Part shown: one piece after another, positions 1 through 64,000 of the stretch
How positions within the stretch are numbered: position 1 is the stretch's first letter
Layout: every line of letters begins with the position of its first letter
NCBI RefSeq assembly: GCF_018977255.1
Contig: NW_024704742.1
Coordinates: forward strand, 120,344,001 to 120,408,000
Length of the DNA: 64,000 bases
DNA from: Callorhinchus milii
Taxonomy: Eukaryota
Direction: 5' to 3'
The notes under the pieces: generated by a model
Seen by the model: the letters and a program-made list of their open reading frames with translations, nothing else
Database searches by the model: none
Told to the model about the DNA's origin: nothing
Made by a program: the position numbers and the translations under genes

Positions 1-1988
1 TATTAAGCATAGTCACTATTTGTAGCAGTATTACTGGGATATTATAGGTGCTATAAAATACCGGTTCATCCTCAACTTCTTGCTGTGTTGATTAGCCTCT
101 TTAATTATGTAGCTCAGTAGACTTCTGGTTAGAAATTGAGGGAACAGGGATAAGATTATAAAGATACTTGCAGATGGAGGGAGATTATATATCGAACATG
201 ATGGTTTCTGAGCTGCTGTTACCTTAGAGTGTCCTGCAAAGGAATGCAACTAGTCAATGTAGGATGCAAGGTTTGAAAGGTTGAATTATCTTGAATTATC
301 TTTAGGAAGCAGAGCGAATGTTTCCGCAAGAGACAATTCAGGGTGGGCAGTTTCTAGGATAAAGCAGGTTACTTTACCTCGAACTTAAGAAGGAATGAGT
401 TTGATAGACAGAATGGCATTTTTCATTCCGTGCTTTCTTATGTTCTAACATTATGTCCAGGACAGGCAGGATTATGCCTATAAGAGGTCTGAGGAAAGAA
501 TGCCATTTGAGAAAATGATTTAAAATCATGCTCCTGTTTGAAGATCCAATGCTCCAGTGTTATAGTTACTGGCCCTACCAAGCCACATCAAAGTGCTCCT
601 GTTCTCAGTAGCTTGAGACAACCTTATCATTATGATCTTGAGTTCTTTGTCACTGCAGAATAAAAACTCAGCCCATGTTTTCACTTTCTTTTACTTAAAT
701 TGCCCATGACTTAGATTAATCTTCATGATTTTATGACTGGAATGAAAGGAACCCTGTGTCCAATGGTAAATAAAAAGGGTAGCAGCAAGAGAAGGAAGGA
801 AAGAGAGTTTAAATGTAGAGATAAGCAACAGCAGCAGCCAGTGCAATAAAATGTAGGGCTTTACAATGCAATACTATTTCCATTATTCATACTTGCTTGG
901 GTCCTGTCACTCTGGATACCTAGATCACTGGGTCAATGTCACGCATCCCACTGTGCAGAAACTTCATCTGCCAGCTACTGCTCCCCTCAGCTGTCTAGAT
1001 CATTGTTTTTCTTCCATCACTGACCTTTTCCTTGATCCCACTGTTATTTTCCAAGCCAATTCTTTTCTTTGTTGTAAAGCAATAGTTTCAGTGAAACCAG
1101 CCGCATGTTTTTTTTATTTTTGTTAAAGTTTAATTGGTATTCTTTAACGAAACTTGAATTCAAGCATTCTTTGCCTGTGTATCTAATGCTTATTAGATAT
1201 CCAACTGACGTGAAAGGCACTTTACAATTTTTTTNGTTTGTTGTTGTTATGGAGCAGTCTTCTATATGCTCTGGCTATTTGGAAGAACTGGGGAAAGGAT
1301 ATTAACTGCGTGGAAGATATTAAAGTAATCATCATATTACATAGTGCATTTTTTAAAATAAATCATTTTAAACTAATTGCCAAGTGGGAATCTGAATATT
1401 TTCTTTTGTATTAAACTGTAAATAATAATTGTTGGAAAGAGGTTTGGGGCCAAACCATTCTGTTGAAATTGGGATAGAGATTTTGAATCCTAAACTGATT
1501 GATAGTTAAAGACAAGTTTGTATCCCAATTTTCAGCCGGTCTATAAGCAGGTCCTTAAATAAGGAATGATGTTGATTGAAGAATGGGTTGTGTTTAGGAA
1601 TACTGCAGGTTGGTTTCATGGAATGCAGACGAATAACATCCACTTTGTGTAACTCCTGCGGTTTTCCTCACACATGGAATTGACTGATTATTTTCCTGAT
1701 ACTGCACTCACTGTATATCATCTGTGATTTCAGCGATTTTAACCAAAGCCTGAATTGGATGCGAAGGTGTAAAGGGCAGAAAGTCTATGAAAAAGCATTA
1801 AATTAAGTATTTTGATAGGAAAGAAAAGAGAAGTACGGTAACTCTTTAAGAATAAATGTGTATCACTCATTTAATCAAGGCAATTCACATCTCGGAACAT
1901 ATACAGTGTTTAAAAGCTTTGCTGCCCTCAAAATGATGGTGTATATTAAGCAGATGAATGCTTTGAAAGTCAGACAGTGGCATGATAG

Positions 1989-56090
<54,102 letters not shown>

Positions 56091-59000
56091 CCCACAGCAA
56101 GCCTCGTTAATTCTACCATGGAAAACGTGCCTGCCCTGAATTCACACAAAAGAATGGGATTGACATCCCACAAACTCTTTACCCTGTGGAAAACGTAACC
56201 ACTGGTCAGCCTCAGCTGACAATAATTTGCTGTTATTTTAACTTCTGTGAAGTGGGATTTTTTAACGAAGTGCTGGACACAGAGAGGAGGAGATGCCATT
56301 TCTGAGGTTTCAGCTCTGCAACATGAAAAACAGCTCAGCTGTTTACAGAACATGCACGATCGCTTGAACAAATTGAATAGTTGGTTCATCTCCAGGGACC
56401 AGGAAGCTAAATGTAATATAGTGGACCTAAATAAGAGAGAGAGAGAACATTACATATACGTTCAAAAGCTGGTAAAGCAGAAAGAATGAGAATTATCTGA
56501 GTTTGCCTGACGTGTCAATATAAAGAATTGGAAAAACTCCGACAAAGATATTATGTTTTCAACACATTTTAGAAGCATCGCAATTATTTATCTCACTCAA
56601 TGGTGACCTAAAAAGTTTTATACTATCAACCGATAAGTTATTTAAGAAAACAGTAGGAACCAAACACGGAACGGATTTCTGTACATTGTCCTAAAATTCT
56701 AGTATTGTCCAGTGAAATTCCTATATTTCAAAGATATCTGCAAAAAATTAATATCATCATTGCAAATCCCATTAAGGTAACTAGTCCATTCCGTCAATGG
56801 AAGCGAACTAAACCATTTTATCCAGGATGGATAGAGAAGTGCACCAAAATCAGTCAAGATTTCTTGTACTAGCTGCAGTTGGATGTTTGAATGGTATCTT
56901 GTCAGCAAAATAAATTCAACACCTTTCAATTCACAATTATTTTTAAATAAAAGGGAATAAGGACATTCCTGTTGAAGCCATTCTGAAATAGGAGAGAGGC
57001 GGAAATCACATCCTCAGGCACTGCTCTGCCAGTGTAAATGATGCTTAGGGCTTGAATTGTACCACTCAAACTGCCTTTGTTTATGCCACTAGTGTTGAAG
57101 TGGCCTCGACCACACAGGAATCCAATTTCTTATGTCATGCTTCCTTCAGCAGGTCTGATCAAGACCACCATGCTAGACAAAATGTAAAGAGACAGACTAT
57201 CTACTATGAAATGAGGCACACCTTTCAGCAGAGCTTGTGAAAAAAAAAGGAAAAAACAGCGCTCCAGATGCTTCTCAGTTTAGACATGGGAGACACCTGT
57301 TTTAAAAGCATTTAAAAACATTGTTTTTGTGCTGCTAAGCAGATAACTGCAGCCAAAGAAAATTCGTAAAACAGAATATAAATGATTTTAGACTATTTAG
57401 GTAGCACTACTCTCACTAGGAATATTAAAGCAAAACATTACTCTTAGATTTGACATTGTATTGTTACCTTAATTATATTTAAATGTGAAACCACATAGTA
57501 TTCTTACATTAAAGCTGAAACAGACATGATTCCAAAGTCCAGTGCTAGAAGAGCAAATGACCTAGCATGATTAAAGACTCAATGTTGAGATAATAAAAGA
57601 GGTACTTGTTCATATTACTACAGTACTTGAACACTAGCAGGTTGCAGCAGGTACTTAAATGAATGTGCATTTGTGTTGAACTGTGCCTCTTTTTTNCTAG
57701 TGCAATGAACCTATCTTAAGTGAGAATATTTGTAAATCATTGTGTACAAAATCCATTACCATGCAAAACAGGGCACTTTTCATCAGTTAGGTGAGATTCT
57801 GTAGATCTTGAATGAACAGATGTTTAGTAGAGTACATTTATTTTCATTTCAAAATAATTATTTTAAAGTAATTTTCATGAAAAATGTGATTTTTAAAAAA
57901 AAACAGATACGAACCTGCTAAATCATACTTCCGCCAATTGATGCACATGAGCAAAGATGATTTGCTACACAAAACAACCATACAGGCTGGCATCTCATGT
58001 CGCACATTTGGTCTGAAGTCATAGCTACCAAAACCTTTTTGACATAAATGTAGACCAACAAGGTTTTGACAATCTGTATAGGATGTTGTGCTGCACACTT
58101 AGTCATGACTATGGAAATCTTATCTGTCATCTACTACCTCTCGACAGTATTTTAAACTGCTTTCTTCCACAATAAGACTGGCTATGTCAACTCAGTGTTC
58201 ATTTAAATGCCTATCATCAGGCTTATTTAACAAACTAGTTCCGAACATTGGGACAACCTTCTGAAAAACTAGTCAGTCTATCTTGGTGCTGTCAATGCCT
58301 TGGGAAGTCTAAGTTATCATAAAGGGAACTGTGTTGCTATGACAATCCCAAGAATGGGGCCCTCATATCAGTACTTAACACTCCAGGGCATGAGTATGTT
58401 TATCAGTAAATGTTTCATTTCAACATCAAGGAACTTTATTTAAAGAATCCTTCTTTACCTCAGATTAGGTATTTACATTGCAAAGACTGTTTCCACAGAT
58501 TTTTTTTGTTCTGTGGTGCTGGTGCTATATAAGCAGGGAGTTGAATGTATATCTACAATATAGAACAGCACTGAGAGTGGAATTAAATCAACTCCCTCGA
58601 GCAACATTGGATTACATTATTAAAGGGAACAGAACACGAAAAAGGTGTTTGAATTACTAGAACATGAAAAAAAAGCTTCAATCTGGGACCTAAATAAGCG
58701 GAACTGAAATGAGACCAGAATAAAAGAAAACAAACCAGTGTTCAAATAGCACAGTGCATTGCTGCTGCTACTTTGTAGCCACTCTGAATATCAAAGCTGA
58801 ATCCTTTTGTAGTTTTCAAACTGATAACAGAACTAATTGTGCAAGCTGTAAAGGAGTTTGACAGCTCTTCCATGCTGAGATGAACAGTGCATTGTAGCAA
58901 GTATAATGAAGAGCCCAAGGCTTACAATGCCGTATTATCAGCATCTGGTCACAGACTAAGAAAAGGCTTGTCCACAGATATACCCCAAGGTGCATACTTC

Positions 59001-59780
59001 AAGGACTGGTACAGTTAATTATGGACTCTATTAATCACTGAATGTCACATAGGTATCCTTATCCAGATTGGAACTAGCATTGTATTATTGTGATTAGTTG
59101 CTTATATTTTATATTCAGTATTAATGTGGTACACTGTTACTAAATATTTTTCCTTTTTTGTAAATTATATGCTAATTTATTGCCATGTTTCAAGACACTT
59201 GTTCTACATTTATTTCACTGTATATAATGAAAGGTAATACTAAATGCAGTGAAGTAGTATTCCTCATTTGTGACACAGAATCAGTTCTTTCCTAGGTAAT
59301 TTAAAACAATAAAAATGCAGCTTCTAAATGTAGCAGAATTCCTGTTACCCTTTGTTTATTTGGTGACCTGCAGTTATATGAAGCATCGATTGAGTAATAC
59401 AGCCTGGTAATGTATATACGTAGTTGAAATATGTGTCCTGAAGCAACACTCAAACTCTTTGGTATGATCCCTTGTTCAGACTTCACTTGCAGAGCCATAT
59501 TTAAAAGCATGTGGAGTCAAGAGCTAATTTTCTAATGCAATCCTGTGGAAACCGAAATCCAACCTTTCACCTTTTGCAGGTAGTTCTGTACTTGTTGAAG
59601 TTTGTAAAGTTAATGGATATGAAGGACATTCTCTGAAAGATATTTTCTTCTAAATGAAGCTATCTATCTATGTATAATATTTGATAATTTGTTAACGTGT
59701 TAGCCCTATTGACCTAGCAAATTTATTTCACATTTATTTAACTCATCTAAAGAAATAAAATAGGGGTGCAATTAACATTA
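56091..59780 (+). other. ADAMTS6: Putative long ADAMTS6 3'UTR (3' end uncertain)
   Basis: Follows the stop codon and lacks the SINE/LINE tails that pepper the introns. U-rich distal part; AATAAA candidates include 59308-59313 and 59754-59759. Confidence 0.55.
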
Positions 59781-60202
59781 GGTATAAACCTTTCCACTGT
59801 ACAAATGATTTTGACCCTGAGTTATAAATCTGTTTATTTATTGTCACATTGCATATTTGCAACAATACAGTTTTCTTTCACTGAATATGTGTCTTGTAAT
59901 GGATCTAAGTGTGTACTTACATTTCATAGTCTATAATATCTCTGGACTAGGATATTCATTTTCTGTGATTCAGCAACATTTCATCTAGTGACAACTAACT
60001 TAACAGCATCATCTGTTGATTGACCATTGAACCTGACTGCAAACATCATGCTGTCAGAATACTGATTCCATGCTTGACATGAACAATAGGACTTTAGAAA
60101 CAGCGCTGCTGTTCTGTTAAAAATTTTTTTAACTATCCCCTTACTAAAAGAATGAAAGTGAAATGTAAAAGACTTTAAAATATATTGTTTAGATGCAAGT
60201 TT

Positions 60203-60260
60203 GTATGTGCGTGTGTGTGTTTGTATGTGTGTATGTGCGTGTATGTATGGATGTATGTAT
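60203..60260. repeat. Imperfect (GT)n/(GTAT)n tract
   Basis: gtatgtgcgtgtgtgtgtttgtatgtgtgtatgtgcgtgtatgtatggatgtatgtat. Confidence 0.85.
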
Positions 60261-62029
60261 TGCCAAAAGTTAAAGTGCTGCATTGGCAGAAGTGACATCA
60301 ATCTTATTCATCAAGTCACCTAGCCTGTCTTCAATTTGGGATTTTCTTATATGGGGTTTTCTTCGCACAAGGACAAGTGGGCTGCAAATGAAGGGAAACA
60401 TGCTGGAAGCTGCCAAGGACGGTGATAGTTCTGTTAATTTTCATTAACCCTTTGTCCAAAGTAAAACATGCTCCTTTCAAATGGCCTGTTGATCATAGAA
60501 GTCTGTTGAGTGTGTCTCATTTCATTTGGTCAAAGTGTCAGAAATACTGAACTGCCATTTGAATTGAAAATAATGGCATTTTGCTATTGTTTCTTCATTT
60601 GCTTTTGACAATCATTTGGGCACCATGAGGTTGTTGCCTCATTGGGCAGTTTAAAATCACAGAGCAGTATTAGAGGGAACTGAACTGTTCTTGGAATGAG
60701 ATGTGAATCTGAGACCATCTCTTCTGGTGGATGAAACATATCCAGTTCACATATTCAGAAGACATGACAAGCTGGCCCAAGTATACCACAAGAATGTCCT
60801 TTGAGTACACCATGTATAAACTTTTCCAGCTTATTACATATTTTTAAATAAAATTAGTAACTCAAAATATTTTTGCAAAATTGATTGCAATGTTTAATCG
60901 ATACCCACACTTGGGAAGTGATGTTATAAAGGGATCTTGAGACAGGCTATCTTGTTTAAGTTGAACTGTATTGAATCAGTCAAATAATAGGAAAAATTGT
61001 GCTAGTCGACATACCTGCTTTTGGTAAGGAAAGCTCTTACTAACTGGTGCATGAGAGAAGCGATTTAGTAGACCTGTGGGCAGTTCTGTAACGCTGTTTG
61101 GCTCCACTTTCTCAAAGATTCCTGACTGCTGTAGAAGAGAGTGATCTATTAGGTACAGATCAGAGAAACGTACTGCAAGCCAGTATGTAACTTACCCAAT
61201 GTGTAAGCTATCTGCAACTCTTGGATAATACTAAGGGATATCTATTTAAACAAATGAGTCACTATACATGACAGTAATTAACAGTGAAGCGCTGTGAGAT
61301 GTTTCAAAATGATAAGGTGTAACAAAAATGCAAGTTCTTCCTACCATACCGCATCTGAACATTTTGAGATCAGTCAACATCTCTCTTGTAAAGGAAAGCC
61401 ATTTTTGTCATGGGGGAGGAAGCTAAAAGGTAGCTTTTAAATGAAATAATTACAAAGATATCATGTAGTATAAACAAAATGTGCAGTGGAAACAGATGAA
61501 ATGTATTCCACTTTGAAATGTAACTTAATAATTCAGGCTATGTTGAAGTTAGGATGTGAGTGCCTCTTTCTCCCTTTAATTACTTCAGGTGATATTGATT
61601 CATTCTCCATGACAATCCAAGGACATCATCCTTCCACTCCAGTTACTTTCACCTTGCCATGGTTTCTTTCACCTCATTCTGTGAATCTCAGTCATTCATG
61701 CTCATTCTCTCATGTGTACCCTTCATTAAATCACAAATCTGCAGCTCTGATGCTTTGTTTTCTGTATTAGTATTGCCTCTCTTATGTCACTAAAGAGTCT
61801 TTTGACTTTCATATAAAGGAATGGAAAATTGGATGTTTAAGAAAAGATTTGGTGTGATGACATCAAGTTTCTGATGAAACATCACATTTTTGATCAGGTT
61901 CTACACTTCCATCTCTTCACATTTTGATATTTGAAATGACTTCCTGACAAGAAAACTCATTCATAATCAAGATGAGATCTCTATGTAATATATATAATGG
62001 ATCGTAAGGTTTTGTGGTCTATACTTTAC

Positions 62030-62190
62030 ACAATACAATACAAAATGACATTTGTATAGTACCTTTCACGTCGGGAGGATATCCTAAGGCGCTGGACATC
62101 AGGGATTTGGACCCAAGCTGGGGAGGGTAGGAGGGTGGTTGACGGCTCGGTTGAAAAAGAGGGTTTTGAGACGCACCTTGAAAGTTTTTG
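62030..62190 (-). mobile_element. L2-like 3' end fragment
   Basis: caatacaatacaaaat.acattt...cctttcacgtcgggagga..tcc; same as the 13589 tail. Confidence 0.75.
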
Positions 62191-63552
62191 AGAGAGGTTT
62201 TTGATTTGGTTTCAAGAGGGTTAGGTTTTTGATCACTATTGCAGACCCAGTGATATAACTTCACGTCCTTTCAGGGGAAAGTTACCATGGAGCTGAGGTA
62301 GAGGCCATTTTACCTCTCAGAGTGAGGTATGCAATATGAAGTGACATGGATTGGGATTACATCAAACCTCACAAGAGTCATAATCCATAAACTAGCTGTT
62401 AAAGTAAAGCTAATTGTTGATTTGCCTTACATGCATATATTACACAAAAGATGCTGAATTATTTTCATGTGATGAAGTTCTATTTTCTCCAGATATTTTT
62501 CTTATTCATTTTCTCCATTAATTTATGCCCTCCTCTCCTTGTGGCCATTTGCCTTCTTTTTCTTCTTCTATTAGTACAATTCCACAAGCCTCTCCCAAAT
62601 AGCCATTATTATTGCTTGAGTCTCAACAGTAAGTATTGGCAAGGTATCCACAGGAGTGTCACAGACAAACTTGATTTTATCCTCACCCAATATCCACCCA
62701 TGAATGATCAGCAGTGGGAACCTTGGCTTATAGTCCTCTCCTGGCATATCTGGCTGTACGCTGTAACATCACCACCTGAGACAACTCTTGAATCAGAAAC
62801 GGGAACTTTAAGGTTTTACCACTTAAAAAAAAGTATTAAAATAAATTGGGAGTAAAACAAAGGTACTCAGATAGCCAGAGGATAAAGATAATGGTGTTTC
62901 ATTTGTGTGATGAGATCAGCTAATGCAGAGTAGACTGGGATCAAACCTACAACATTCCTGGTATTTATGGACTTGCTGCTCATTGCATGAACTTGCTGAA
63001 CTATCAGGATAATTCTTCAGATTTCTTTTTAAAAAATGTGACTTTACTGCCAAGCGTATAACATTTTGTTTCAACAATGCAATGTCCCTGGTGACCATCA
63101 ACCAATATACATTCATTGGTGAGAGCTACAAAACATCATAAGGTTGACACACAATCACTTTTTTCCTCCGGCTATCTGAACACCTTTGTTTTGCTCCCAA
63201 TTTATTTTAATATATGTATGTTTCTTTTAAGCGGTAAATTTTTCAAGTTTCCCATTTTCAGATTCAAGAGTTGCTTCAGGTAGTGATGTAAAGCGCCTTG
63301 GGATGTGAAAGGCGCTATACAAATGTAACATTGTCGTTGTATACTGTAGTATACTGTAGTATACAAGTGTTGCATCGAAGAATGTGCTGCATATGTCATG
63401 TAACTAACAGAAGAATATTATAAGGTGACTTTTTTGCATAATATTATGTTATCTTTTGATTTGGTGAATGAAAAACTAAAAATCTTAAAGGAAAAAAATC
63501 TAGCTTTGAAAATTTTTGAATAGGAACACAAACCGTTTATATACTTTCAATA

Positions 63553-63944
63553 AAACCAGAAGTTGATGGGATCACTCAGCAGGTCAGGCAGCATCTATGG
63601 AGAGAGGAAAGTGAGTCAACGTTTCAGGCTGTTGACCTTTCATCAGAAATGGGGGATGGTGGAAGGAGCAGATTATAAGCGTAAGTGGAGAAGGGGTCAG
63701 GGAAAGAAAGACATAGGAACAAAATTAAATGGAGGACAGTAGATGATAAGATCAGAGGTGTTGATGGTGCCAAGAAGGCAATAGTGGGAGATTATAGGAA
63801 AAGATGTGTCTGAGACCCAGACATGTTTCGACTTGAAACATTAACTCACTTTCCTCAATCCATAGATGGTGCCTGACCTGCTGAGTGTTCCCAGCAACTT
63901 CTGTTTTTATTTCAGATTTCCAGCATCTGCAGTATTTTGCTTCC
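63553..63944. mobile_element. Penelope-like element remnant with inverted terminal copies
   Basis: 63553-63625 is inverted to ~63834-63908; same family as 29174-29372. Confidence 0.75.
63614..63650 (-). ncRNA. Minimal hammerhead-ribozyme-like motif (Penelope type)
   Basis: Minus strand: attt-CTGATGA-a-AGGT-caaca-GCCT-GAAAC-GTT-gact; core boxes intact, stem I imperfect. Confidence 0.55.
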
Positions 63945-64000
63945 GTTTATATACCTGCTATTTTGGTAAATCCTGTAAGATGACAAGTTATCACTCTTCA

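Noticed and set aside
60300..64000. Exons of a neighbouring downstream gene
   Set aside because: No recognisable coding exon on either strand; only degenerate repeats and AT-rich sequence.

Overview
Vertebrate, AT-rich, intron-dominated genomic DNA. The repeat landscape suggests a cartilaginous fish, possibly a chimaera such as Callorhinchus; this is inference. The window holds the 3' two-thirds of ADAMTS6 on the + strand as 16 coding exons (2039-56090). I assembled them by eye: all have GT-AG boundaries and compatible phases, 2131 coding nt in total, giving 709 residues from the end of the Zn-binding motif through the disintegrin-like, TSR1, Cys-rich, spacer, TSR2-5 and PLAC domains to TGA. 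A long, repeat-free putative 3'UTR follows, with a cluster of miRNA seed matches. Introns carry tRNA-headed SINEs, older SINEs, L2 and CR1 LINE fragments, two Penelope-like inverted elements with hammerhead-ribozyme-like cores and a probable Helitron-like element. The most notable unexplained structures are: (i) a ~150-bp duplicate of an exon/intron junction, 6 kb downstream, that recreates a 5' splice site and a candidate poison exon; (ii) a weak-donor exon bracketed by three independent inverted-repeat systems; (iii) hammerhead cores with a compensatory base change; (iv) a locally duplicated SINE block with a filled/empty L2 site. I see no evidence for a novel multi-gene system. Repeat coordinates are approximate and family names come from recognition, not a database search.
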